A stretch of 64,000 bases of DNA, taken from the IMG/VR virus record IMGVR_UViG_3300022858_000986. One strand, 5' to 3'. Positions 10,252 through 20,457 of the stretch are shown here, piece by piece (position 1 is the first letter of the stretch; each line of letters starts with the position of its first letter). The notes under the pieces are model-generated. The model saw only the letters and a list, made by a program, of their open reading frames with translations. It had not been told where the DNA came from and ran no database searches. A program made the translations under genes and the position numbers. The stretch comes from an uncultured virus (IMG/VR IMGVR_UViG_3300022858_000986) (taxonomy: Duplodnaviria > Heunggongvirae > Uroviricota > Caudoviricetes).

Positions 10252-11292
10252 ATGTTAAGATTTATCAAGTATAGAAGTATAGAAAATAGTTATAGAGAAA
10301 AATTTATCAACATGGTAAGGGAACATGAATATGATGCGCCAGATATTAAATGGGTTGCAACTGAGAAAATTCATGGCGGAAATTTTTCTGTGTGGGTTGA
10401 TAAAGACGAAATTAAACCAGCAAAGAGAACCAGTTTTATCGAAAAAGATGAATTCTTTTTTAATTATGAACTAATAATGGAAAAATATTCCGAAGATGCT
10501 AGAAAGCTATATAAATACTTTAAAAATATACATCCCAATCTTAATCAAATCGCTATATTTGGTGAACTGTTTGGTGGAACTTATCCACATCCAGATGTAT
10601 CAAATGATAAGTGTGGAAAAAAAGTACAAAAAGGCATATATTATTGCCCTCATAATGAATTATATATTTATGATATACTTTTAATATTTGACGATAATAC
10701 AAAAAATAGGCACGTTACTTGGACAGAATTAATAGAAAGTTTAACATATACAAAATCTAAACTTAAAACTCCAAAAGTTTTATTTATTGGTACATTTGAT
10801 GAAATGATAGCTTTACCTAATGATGAGCTGAGTGAAGTATATAAGGATTTCGATCTTCCACCAATAGAAGATAATATTATGGAAGGTTATGTATTTATGC
10901 CAGTAGAAGATTTATACTTTAGAGATAAATCTAGAGTTGCATTTAAGAATAAAAATAAAAAATGGGAAGAAAAAACCAAAGCACCCAAAAAGCAATTAAA
11001 AGAAGTCAATGAAGCAATCAAACCTATCGTTGAAGAAATCAGCATGTATGTTACTGAAAATAGATTACGTAACGTTTTATCTCACATTGGAGAAATTACA
11101 AACAAAGATTTTGGTTTACTTAACAAAGAATTTATTGCTGATGTTATGAAAGATTACATTGAAGAAAATGGTAGTGATGCATTAAATGTACTTGTCAAGA
11201 AAGACAGAAAATTAATAAATAAGAATGTTGGAAAACAAACTGCTCAATTAATTGGGGCAAATTTCCTAAATATACTGGATAATGAGTATTAG
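10252..11292 (+). CDS. RNA ligase, Rnl2 family
   Basis: Y.SIEN, TEKIHGGNFS (motif I), FGELFGG.YPH, VQKGIYY, EGYV, FKNKN. Confidence 0.9.
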   Translation: MLRFIKYRSIENSYREKFINMVREHEYDAPDIKWVATEKIHGGNFSVWVDKDEIKPAKRTSFIEKDEFFFNYELIMEKYSEDARKLYKYFKNIHPNLNQIAIFGELFGGTYPHPDVSNDKCGKKVQKGIYYCPHNELYIYDILLIFDDNTKNRHVTWTELIESLTYTKSKLKTPKVLFIGTFDEMIALPNDELSEVYKDFDLPPIEDNIMEGYVFMPVEDLYFRDKSRVAFKNKNKKWEEKTKAPKKQLKEVNEAIKPIVEEISMYVTENRLRNVLSHIGEITNKDFGLLNKEFIADVMKDYIEENGSDALNVLVKKDRKLINKNVGKQTAQLIGANFLNILDNEY

Positions 11293-11871
11293 ATAATTGT
11301 TGACAAAAATCATAAGTAAGGTATTATAGTAATATGAAAAATAAATTATTTACTATCAAAATGAAATTATCTCATTGGATGCATGACAATTTAAGCAAAT
11401 ACAAACTTTGCTTTGTGAAAGATAATACTGCATATTTTACTACGCAAAAATTAAAAAGACAAGATGGGGACTTTTGGAGTTCAACCGCTTCATTTCATAA
11501 ATGTAGTCCGCCATTTGAACCGACCAAAGAACGAAGGAATCAATGGGGCGATTCTGCAAACCCAAAGTGGGGTATTTTATATTTAACTTGGACATCAGCA
11601 ATAAAATTTACTTATCCTGTTGCCAACTCCTGTTTGGGAAATACAGTTGAAGAAATTAACTGTAAAAAAAAATTGCCATGGATAACTGGCAAAGATTTCA
11701 AAATTTATTCTGGAGTAACGCCAAAAGATTTTGTAGATTTTTTATTGGTAAATGAAATTAAAAATATAAAAACAGATATTTCACATGAAAGGGGAAGAGT
11801 ATGAAACAAGTAAATATTACAGACCTAAAAAAAGAAAAAGATTATAAATTTATTCAATTAGTTGGTGCAAA

Positions 11872-12114
11872 ATGAAACAAAAAATGCCAATGCGTATTAA
11901 TATTAAACATACAGCTTTAGATCCACACCACGACGGATTGTGTGAGTTCGGCTGTAAGAATCAAGAATTTTATTGTAGGACAAATGGTGCGACGAGATGG
12001 ACTAAAATGAAGAAAATACATATCACACCAAAACGTATTGAACTTTTTTATAAATTATTATCACTTGATAAATCTGATGATAGATTTACAATATACGGAA
12101 ATAAAGTAAATTAA
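11872..12114 (+). CDS. hypothetical protein, paralog of 12124; C-terminal FTIYG motif
   Basis: Shares H.ALDP...GC..QEFY.R...W..MK...ITP.RI with next ORF. Confidence 0.7.
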   Translation: MKQKMPMRINIKHTALDPHHDGLCEFGCKNQEFYCRTNGATRWTKMKKIHITPKRIELFYKLLSLDKSDDRFTIYGNKVN

Positions 12115-12123
12115 AGAGGAAAC

Positions 12124-12336
12124 ATGAATAAAGAAATTAATATTATACATATGGCTTTGGACCCAAACGATTGTATAGGAAATGCTGAAATCGGATGTTT
12201 TGGTCAAGAGTTTTACTTTAGAGGCAAAAAAACCAATGAATGGGTTAGGATGAAAAGAATGACTATTACGCCAGAACGTATTATAGTGGCTCATGATTTG
12301 TTAGTACAAGATAAAGCTAAAACTCACAACGTTTGA
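12124..12336 (+). CDS. hypothetical protein, paralog of 11872
   Basis: Visible tandem similarity; lacks the FTIYG tail. Confidence 0.7.
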   Translation: MNKEINIIHMALDPNDCIGNAEIGCFGQEFYFRGKKTNEWVRMKRMTITPERIIVAHDLLVQDKAKTHNV

Positions 12337-12417
12337 TAAAAAAAATAAAACAAACTTGACAAGTTCGTCTAAAAGAATATTATAGTATAGTAAGTTAAAT
12401 AAAGGAGAGAAAAAAAA

Positions 12418-12777
12418 ATGGCAAAAATTTTTATATTGGAAGATAACGATGAAAGAATTGCTCAATTTCGTAAGAACTTTAGAAATGCAGATTTAACTAT
12501 TGCAAAAGAAAGTAAAAAAGCAATAAAAATATTACGAAAAGAGAATCCTTTTGACTATATATTCTTAGACCACGACTTAGGCGGATTAGAAATGGTAGAG
12601 TCTGATGGGGGTACTGGGTATGAAGTGGCACAATGGTTGGCAAAAAATGCTTTAAAAAAACCAAAGTTTGCACTTTATGTGCATTCGTTAAATTTTCCTG
12701 GCGCAACTAACATAATTAGTGAACTTGGATATGGAAGTCATATACCATTTGTTTGGACAAAATTAATAAGTTTTTAA
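12418..12777 (+). CDS. receiver-like domain, cyclic-phosphate-processing (cREC) type
   Basis: IFILEDN..R, IFLDHDLG, TGYEVAQWL, VHS.N..G. Confidence 0.7.
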   Translation: MAKIFILEDNDERIAQFRKNFRNADLTIAKESKKAIKILRKENPFDYIFLDHDLGGLEMVESDGGTGYEVAQWLAKNALKKPKFALYVHSLNFPGATNIISELGYGSHIPFVWTKLISF

Positions 12778-12784
12778 ATAATTA

Positions 12785-13337
12785 GGGGGTGACCGGTTTT
12801 GACATGGAGACCCGCCTTATATGATTCACACTATGATGGCAACGAGCATACGAACTATGTTGCAAAACAAAATTAAACGGCAACAGCCAATTAATGGCGG
12901 CGTAAGCCACCCTTCGTGCGGTGTCTATTCTTTCTACACTGCAAATCGAAGTCATAATGAAGGATAATTGGTGACTACTAACAATGATAAAAACATGTAG
13001 AAACGCAATGTACCTGGCGAAGAGGGCGATGTATGGTTTGTTTATTTTTGATGCATCTGAAATTGTAAAATAAACTAAGTGTGTAAGAAAATTATAGTAG
13101 GCGACTTCGTGGACGTGGGTTCGATAAGTATAATTGTCGACCTGTATTGAAAGGTATAGTGAATAAATCTCTTCTGATTGACTTGGAAGTCCTACCATAG
13201 GACGACAGGGCGCAAGGGTAGTGCCAGCGTGAACGACTAAGCGAAGAGACATCCTTATGGGATGATGCGATAGTCTCGTCTCTACTATAAATGGTTTGAG
13301 AAAGTAGAGTTAAGATAACGTCCCACCACCTCCACCA
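12785..13337 (+). ncRNA. ssrA: tmRNA interrupted by an intron
   Basis: GGGGGTG/CACCTCC-ACCA acceptor with G3-U70; tag frame 12879-12905 GNSQLMAA*; T arm GTGGG-TTCGAT/T-CCCAC after splicing. Confidence 0.92.
13126..13320 (+). mobile_element. ORF-less group I intron in tmRNA T-loop (195 nt)
   Basis: P1 TCGAT/GTCGA with U-G at the 5' splice site, P7-like GACTA/TAGTC, P3-like TCTCTTC/GAAGAGA, terminal G; removal restores a 7-nt T-loop. Confidence 0.85.
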
Positions 13338-13370
13338 TTTGTTTGTATAGGCAAAAATAGTCTATATAAC

Positions 13371-13404
13371 TTTCTGCCTCCATACTTATATATGGAGGCA
13401 GAAA
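13371..13404 (+). promoter_or_regulatory. SD-sequestering hairpin with candidate late promoter
   Basis: Perfect 14-bp TTTCTGCCTCCATA/TATGGAGGCAGAAA burying GGAGG; ATACTTATA at apex. Confidence 0.75.
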
Positions 13405-13407
13405 AAA

Positions 13408-14142
13408 ATGAAAAAATATGAATGCGAAATATGCGGAGAAGAGTTTGAAAAGTGACAACAAAAAGCAAATCATGTTAGATGAAAGCATAAAAAAATAAAG
13501 TATAGTGAAGATGGCAGAAAAAATTTTTTAAATAGTGTTGATGCCCGATTTGGTAAAAAAATTACAAAAGAAATAATTTGTCCGATATGTAATGGACCAT
13601 TCGAAGTAACCGTTAGAGAAAATCGTCAAGACAAACATAAAAAATTTTGTAGTCAAAAATGTGCCAATGGCAGAAAGTGAAGTGATAAACAAAAAAAGAA
13701 GATTTCGGAAACACTTGCGACCCTTTACAAAGAAAATCCCGAAAAATTTGAAAACTTCATTGCATCAAATCAAAATAATGATAGATTTTCTTCAAAAATA
13801 GAAAGAGGGTTGGCAAAAAAATTAGAGCAATATGGCTTCAAGAGACATTGTAGAATTAAAACCGATGTGATTAATTTCGATATAGATATTGTATCAGAAG
13901 ACAAAAACATTTGGATTGAAAGTGATGGCCCGTATCATTTTAGGAAAATACATAAAAACCATGATTTCGAAAAATCACAATTAAGAGATTATGTGGAAAA
14001 TAATGAAGCCATAAATCAAAATAAATTATTAATTAGAATTGATAACGAAAAATATAAAGATATTGACATCCAAGTTAAATTAATATTAAATGAAATAAAT
14101 AAATGAGACAAAAAGATTGGAGAGGTTATTAAATTTTTTTAG
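13408..14142 (+). CDS. free-standing zinc-finger Vsr/DUF559-like endonuclease (4 TGA=Trp)
   Basis: C2H2 finger CEICGEEFEK*QQKANHVR*KH, FCSQKCAN, IDI...IESDGPYHF...RD...LIRI; 244 aa to TAG. Confidence 0.8.
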
Positions 14143-14161
14143 ATTTTAATAGGCAGGATAT

Positions 14162-14540
14162 GCGAGTGTCTTGTTAGATTAATTAAATAGACGTGAAAGC
14201 TAAAGATGACTAACCATCAACCCTAACATCAAAGGGAGAAAACGGCTTCTATCCCTTGCTATGGTGGCAAGATAAATTGAAGTGGGATTTGATTCCCTTA
14301 AAATCGTTGATGTACGTCTACAAATTTTGATAGTTGAATAAATACATATATCGAAAAAGGGTTTGTATTAGATATAGTGTAGTAGATATGGTGATTCTGA
14401 AACCCCGAAAGACCCGAAGCCGAAAGGTGAGTGAAGCAGTAAATCGCCATTATATTCGCAGTTCATCATAGATGATCGATTAAATATAATTTGATAGGTT
14501 ATTATGAGTCATTGAGATTATACAATCTACGCTCGCTCCA
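14162..14540 (+). ncRNA. candidate large structured RNA with tRNA-Gly-like acceptor end
   Basis: GCGAGTGT/ACGCTCGC + TCCA closes the region; multiple nested helices; no ORF in track. Confidence 0.6.
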
Positions 14541-15240
14541 TTTTTTTAAATTTTAATAGGAAGGTTATACAAGTGAAGTTAGATGCTCGCACACCAAAAA
14601 TGAAAATAAAATTAAATCACATTGAAGGTGTACATTTTTCTTTGGAATTTGACTCACCAAGACTTCCGACCAACAAATTAACTCCCTTAAAAAAAGAATT
14701 CAAGGCATCAAATGGTATTACTATTATTGCAGATATGTCCCCAGAAGTATGCAAAACATTAAACGAAGTTTATATACATGCTGGTGGATTCGAAAATAAA
14801 TGTAAATTTCATGCAACAAAAGAATTTATTTTCAAAATGTTTAACGCTCTGGATGAGTTTGCCAATAATGACTTCGGGTGGGATTAATGGAAAGATAATG
14901 TTTGATATAGGGCTATTAAAGAAAAGATTGAAAAATTTACAAAATTTAAAACTTACAATGGCTTACGACATATATGGTAATGAATTAAGTATAGTTTATA
15001 TACTAAAGGAGAAATAATGGAAACAACTATAGGGATAAACACGGACAAAATTAGGGCAATGATTAAGGAGCTTGAAAATTTAAATAAAAAACCACGTAGA
15101 AAAAAAATGTATGATATATACGGAAATCTTATACAAATTAGCGAAATATATCCCGAAAGCACAGGAAGTATTGTTACGAAATATTCAATGAAAAGCGATG
15201 GTGTTTTAGATTATCTTGATGAACCAATGGAGGGGCTTTG

Positions 15241-15471
15241 ATGAGTAAATTTAGTTACAAATTTTTTGAAAATAAAAACTGCGAATTTTACCCATGCAAA
15301 AATGTAGACAAGATTAATTGTTTATTTTGTTTTTGTCCATTATATAATATGGATGATTGTGGTGGGAATTATACGAGACTAAAAGATAATATTAAAGATT
15401 GTTCCAAATGTACACTACCTCATAGCAAAGGTGGGTATAATTATATTATAAACAAAATAAATAGGAGATAG
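15241..15471 (+). CDS. cysteine-rich small domain (zf-like) protein
   Basis: FFEN..CEFYPC...NCLFCFCPLY...CGG...KDCSKC.LPH. Confidence 0.85.
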   Translation: MSKFSYKFFENKNCEFYPCKNVDKINCLFCFCPLYNMDDCGGNYTRLKDNIKDCSKCTLPHSKGGYNYIINKINRR

Positions 15472-15474
15472 ATA

Positions 15475-15960
15475 ATGAGAGTAATATTTTTAGATTTTGA
15501 TGGAGTATTAAATAATGGCAAGTTTTTGTTTCATAACATGAGTAATTATCCAGATTTAATAATGAAAGAAAAGGTAAAATTGCTAAATACCTTAATAGAA
15601 AGAACAAACGCCAATATTGTTTTTTCAACTTCGTGGAGAGAGCAATTCACTTTTGAAGGCTTAATAGAAATTCTTGAAAAAGTAGAATTCAAATACAGAG
15701 ACAAATGTGTTGGCGTTACACCAATTGCAGAAAATAACAAACGCATTTCAGAAATTAAAGAATATATAGATACAAATAATATTGACGAGTTTGTAATTCT
15801 TGATGATTGTGCTGAAGAACTTTCTGGATTTGGTAATAATTTAACAAAACTTATAATAGACCCGAATAATGGTCTTACATACGAAGATGTTTGTTTTGTA
15901 ATTGAATCATTTGAAGCACAAAAAATAGAAAAGGAGAAAAATAATGAAAACAAAAACTAA
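15475..15960 (+). CDS. HAD phosphatase, Swiss-army-knife RNA-repair type
   Basis: IFLDFDGVLN, IVFSTSWR, R..EI..Y, FVILDD, GLT. Confidence 0.8.
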   Translation: MRVIFLDFDGVLNNGKFLFHNMSNYPDLIMKEKVKLLNTLIERTNANIVFSTSWREQFTFEGLIEILEKVEFKYRDKCVGVTPIAENNKRISEIKEYIDTNNIDEFVILDDCAEELSGFGNNLTKLIIDPNNGLTYEDVCFVIESFEAQKIEKEKNNENKN

Positions 15961-16130
15961 AGTCGGATTTGCAATAATTGCAATAATAGTTGGAATAATT
16001 ACCTACACTGGTAGACAAATTAATAACATATTTAAGTACGAAGATATAGATTTTTAAAATAGTTATTGACAAAATTGGTTAAAATACTATTATAATAAAG
16101 CAAGTTAAATAAAGAATAAGGAAGGAAAAA

Positions 16131-16475
16131 ATGGGACATATTAGGCATCACGCAATAGTAATAACTGGGACTTATGGTGATTGGATAGATAAAGCACACA
16201 AAAAAGCATTGGAAATATTTGGCTATGTAAGCGAAATAAGTCCAGAGATGATAAATGGTACTAAATCATTTTATGTACCGCCAGATGGTAGCAAAGAAGG
16301 ATGGGAAGAATCTGCTGATGGAGACAATAAAAGAAATAAATTTATCGAATGGCTTGAAGAAAAAAATTACGATGATGACTCCTCGCCACTTGCATGGGCT
16401 GAAGTACAATATGGCGATGATAATTATGAAACAAAAATAACAAATGATTCAGATAAATGTGCGAGAGAAAAATAA
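16131..16475 (+). CDS. conserved hypothetical protein
   Basis: HHAIVITG...PDGSKEGW..S; flanked by duplicated promoter at 16066 and 16497. Confidence 0.65.
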   Translation: MGHIRHHAIVITGTYGDWIDKAHKKALEIFGYVSEISPEMINGTKSFYVPPDGSKEGWEESADGDNKRNKFIEWLEEKNYDDDSSPLAWAEVQYGDDNYETKITNDSDKCAREK

Positions 16476-16563
16476 AAATCAAATAAGATTTTTTTGTTGA
16501 CAAAATTGATTAAAATACTATTATAATAATGTAAGTAAAAAAAAAAGAAAGGAAGTATTAAAG

Positions 16564-17328
16564 ATGAAAAGTTATAAAGTAATAAATGATTTTGAAGAAA
16601 TGAAAAAAATGATTGACTTGCTAAACGATTTAGGACCAGCAGAAGTATATTTTGTTTCTCTATCAGCAAGGAAAAAGTATTTAACAAAAGCAGAAAGGCA
16701 AATATATAATCTTAACCGTGCTGAAATGTTTGCACGTAGTATTGTTAGAGAAAAATCATATGAGAAGTTTTTCAAAATTATGAGCAGAATGGAAGTAAAT
16801 GAAAATGGTTATACAACCAAAACTGGACAATCTTATCCGGCAAAAGCAATTGTAACGTACATTAATATTAATGCATCTAATATGCTTGTGGCGAATGCTG
16901 AATATCAACAAAAGGTAAACCAATATTCTTTTGAAATGACAAGAGCACTTTTGAATAGAAAAAAATGTGATTCAATTATGACAAAATTTAGCAAACTCGA
17001 TGTTGAACTTATGAATTGTGTTCAAAGAAGTCGTGGACAAAAGAAATTTATCGATATTGATTTTGATATTGATAAGGTAAAGGAGTATTATGTATTAGTA
17101 AAATACATTGATTTTCTAAAAAAGAATGACATTAAATATCATGTTATTGAAACAAAAAGTGGATATCATGTATTGATGGAAAGAGCAACAATTAATTGCA
17201 ACTTTCATAAAGTTGTAACTGAATTAGATAAATTAGTTGAAGACGAAGTTATCATTAATAAAAATGAGATGGTGCCATTATGCGGTACCCTCCAAGGTGG
17301 GTTTCCAGTTAAATTTCTGGAAATATAA
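16564..17328 (+). CDS. possible AEP (primase-polymerase) superfamily protein
   Basis: FIDIDFD and ETKSGYHV resemble AEP motifs I and II. Confidence 0.45.
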   Translation: MKSYKVINDFEEMKKMIDLLNDLGPAEVYFVSLSARKKYLTKAERQIYNLNRAEMFARSIVREKSYEKFFKIMSRMEVNENGYTTKTGQSYPAKAIVTYININASNMLVANAEYQQKVNQYSFEMTRALLNRKKCDSIMTKFSKLDVELMNCVQRSRGQKKFIDIDFDIDKVKEYYVLVKYIDFLKKNDIKYHVIETKSGYHVLMERATINCNFHKVVTELDKLVEDEVIINKNEMVPLCGTLQGGFPVKFLEI

Positions 17329-17740
17329 AAAAGATTTCCAATAAAATTTGTAATAAATGTAATAATCAAATATGACATATATGACAAAAGGTTAGCGAAA
17401 TGAAAGTAATATTAACGCAGAGTTCCAATTGGGAGCAATATATTAATAGTAGACACAAACTAAAAGTTATTTCTGGTGGCCCAGGTGCACTTGGGGCAAA
17501 TGGGAGTAAAGGTTATTTTGTACCCACTGATACAAAAGCAACTCAGGGCGGTAATGATGAGGATGAAGATTATCCAAAAGTTTCTATTAAGGGTAATATA
17601 TGGGGTTTATGTTTTAATTGGAAAATAGAATTAGATATATTGCTCTCTTACACAATTTATGGTAAGGAGATTTCATCTAATTTGAAGAATGAATTGTTGG
17701 TTATTGAAAGCAGAAAAATAGAACGTATATAGGAGAAACT

Positions 17741-18142
17741 ATGAAAATTGAATTGCAAAGTAAATTAGAGAAAAAATACCCAGAAATATTATCCAAAGCT
17801 TATATTTCTTGCGGTGATGGTTGGTATCATATTATTGATATATTATGCCACACAATACAAGGTCATCTGGAAAACATTAATCGCAATATAAAAGATGATG
17901 AAGAAATATTTGTTTGTGAAGCAATACAAATAAAAGAAAAATTTGGTGGTTTAAGATTTTATGTAGATAGTGGCGACGATCATATTTGGGGTGCAATTGA
18001 AATGGCAGAAAATTTATCAGAAATTACTTGCGAAGTTTGCGGAAGCACTGAATATGTTGGTAAGACAGACGGTTGGATAACAACTATATGTCACAAATGT
18101 TATGAAGAAATTGAAGACACACGCAAATGGAATGCGATATAG
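17741..18142 (+). CDS. conserved phage protein
   Basis: CGDGW...QIKEKFGGLRFY...CEVCG. Confidence 0.7.
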   Translation: MKIELQSKLEKKYPEILSKAYISCGDGWYHIIDILCHTIQGHLENINRNIKDDEEIFVCEAIQIKEKFGGLRFYVDSGDDHIWGAIEMAENLSEITCEVCGSTEYVGKTDGWITTICHKCYEEIEDTRKWNAI

Positions 18143-19206
18143 GAGAAGTAAGGTGATTATAGAAAAAACTGAATCAACAATCATTATTAGATGTAGCAAA
18201 GGTCAAACAGATGATTTCGTTGTATGGTTAAAAGCAATGGCAAAGAAACTTAATATTGATGTATTATATTTTATTAAAAAGAAATTGATTGGCAGTAATA
18301 AGATTAGAATTGTTAGTACTGGTTTGGATAACGATGTAACTAAATTTGAAAGTAAAATCGGCAGTAAATTGTTGCATGGTTAAATAAGTAATAGCAAAGC
18401 CAAGAATTTTTTAATAAAACTATCTTTTAATATATGATACAAAAGGTATAGATTTTAATATTTATATTAGAGAGAAATAAAAAAAGGTTATAACAAATAA
18501 AAAAAGGTGGAAAAGGAAGATGAACCAAAATACTTTTGGGAAAACGAAAGCCGCAAATGATTTAGTAAAGATTTTAGAAGAAGAAAGTGCAACAAAAAAA
18601 ACAATCAGAATAATTGGGAAAAAACTTACAAATTACAACCGTGGATTAAACGCAATCATTAAAATTAGTGACCATAAAGTTAGAGAACAATTACTAATAA
18701 TATGGAGAAAAAGAAACTTGGACGAAATATCTATGATAAATGTTTCTAAAAATGTTTATAACCACATTAGAAATGTAGAATTAGCATACTTAAAGAAAAA
18801 AGCATATAAAAATACAGCCGCATAGAGTCGGTTGTTATATAGGAGGTTACGTGTTATTTTTAGCAAAAAAAGGCACCAAAATAGTCGTTGCAAAAAACAT
18901 TAAGGACGAGAGTTTTACGAAAGATTCCTTAAGCAAAACAGAAGCAAAAACGGATATGGTGTTTTCGAGAGATTTGCTTATGATGGACCCATTCGCATTA
19001 AAGGATGATGCCACCAATAAAGTAACTACTCATAATGATGATATTGAAGAACTATTGTCAATGGGGTTTTATGGTTTCAAAAACAACAAAACTGACCACA
19101 TATTTTTAATTAATTGCAAAGATATAAAAATAATTTAATAAAAAGATAATTGGCAACAAAGATAGAAAGATTATTGTTGTTTCATAAATAAAAATTTGGA
19201 GAAAAT

Positions 19207-19626
19207 TTGAAAATAGCATTTGACGTACATGGGGTTATAGCTGATAGACCAGATTTGTTTAAGCCACTATTAAAGTTATTCAAAAGCAATAACATTGAAG
19301 TGATTATTTTATCAGGACCGCCAAAGGATGTAATAATTAAAGAACTTGCAGAGCTTGGCTATACAGACGAACATTATGATGAAACTTTATCAGTTGCAGA
19401 TTACTTAAAAACAACTGGTTGCAAAATGTGGATAGATGATAAGAATACTTGGTGGGCAGACGACGAAAGTTGGTGGAGTGCTAAAGGAAAGATTTGCGAA
19501 ATGTATGATATTGATGTATTGTTTGACGACAGCGAGCAATATAAAATTGGTATGCCAGCGGAAACATTGTTTGTATTATTTGAAGACAAAAAAAATAAAA
19601 ATAAGTTGACAGAAAAGACAAAATGA
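19207..19626 (+). CDS. HAD-superfamily protein
   Basis: IAFDVHGVI, ILSG, K..IC...IDVLFDDS. Confidence 0.65.
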   Translation: MKIAFDVHGVIADRPDLFKPLLKLFKSNNIEVIILSGPPKDVIIKELAELGYTDEHYDETLSVADYLKTTGCKMWIDDKNTWWADDESWWSAKGKICEMYDIDVLFDDSEQYKIGMPAETLFVLFEDKKNKNKLTEKTK

Positions 19627-19656
19627 TAAATATTAGAATTATGAAAGAAATAAAAT

Positions 19657-20388
19657 TTGGAGGACAAAGTGAATAACACAAAAAAGGGCGATTTGATTGA
19701 CGAACTATTAGAAGAAATTGTTGTAAAGATTTCGGACAAGGATAACATGTACTTCCCAACAAACTTTATATTAAAAGATGTTGTTTTGAAAAATAAAAGT
19801 TTTCGCCAAAAAGCAAGTAAGATTATTGACAAAATACTTGTCGAACGTCAATCTCAAGGCATCAAAAAATCAAAATTTGATAACAAACTTTACGATCAAT
19901 TATTAGATGGCGAAGTCATTGTATGGTCAGATGTTACGGGCGTTGTTAGCGAAAAAGAATATGATGGCCAAATTGTTAAACTCGAAAAACTTGAAAAAGA
20001 AATGGGCGATAAAATGAAGGAAAATCTTATCAGTTCAATCATTAAAGTGTTTGCAATTAAAAATGAAATGATTAATGGATACTATTTTGCAAAGAGTAAA
20101 ATTGCAACTCTTTTACTACCAAAACGTATAAAAGATTTACAATTTTATGAAACCGAAGATATATATGATTACATGGGTATTGAAATTATGGATGCTTTAG
20201 ATGACTTGTTTGTTTGCGAATCAAATGACGGAGCCAAAATTAAATCAGACAATCATAATAAAAGTTATCTTGGCACCTTGGTTGACGCAAATAACTTTGA
20301 TTTGCTTGGCATTAAGCAAATTAAAACTGGAGTCAATAAAACTTACATTGGTGAATTATTAATCCCAGAAACAAAAATTGGCGAATAA
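19657..20388 (+). CDS. hypothetical protein
   Basis: 243-aa ORF ending before a terminator; true start may be GTG 19669 after GGAGG. Confidence 0.6.
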   Translation: MEDKVNNTKKGDLIDELLEEIVVKISDKDNMYFPTNFILKDVVLKNKSFRQKASKIIDKILVERQSQGIKKSKFDNKLYDQLLDGEVIVWSDVTGVVSEKEYDGQIVKLEKLEKEMGDKMKENLISSIIKVFAIKNEMINGYYFAKSKIATLLLPKRIKDLQFYETEDIYDYMGIEIMDALDDLFVCESNDGAKIKSDNHNKSYLGTLVDANNFDLLGIKQIKTGVNKTYIGELLIPETKIGE

Positions 20389-20410
20389 AAAATAAAAAAA
20401 AGATTTTTTT

Positions 20411-20441
20411 AAACGGCAAAGTTTGCACTTTGCCGTTTTTT
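20411..20441 (+). terminator. intrinsic terminator
   Basis: AAACGGCAAAGT-TTGC-ACTTTGCCGTTT + T run. Confidence 0.85.
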
Positions 20442-20457
20442 ATATTAAGGAAATATT

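Noticed and set aside
12782..13252. 156-aa minus-strand ORF
   Set aside because: Antisense shadow of tmRNA and its intron
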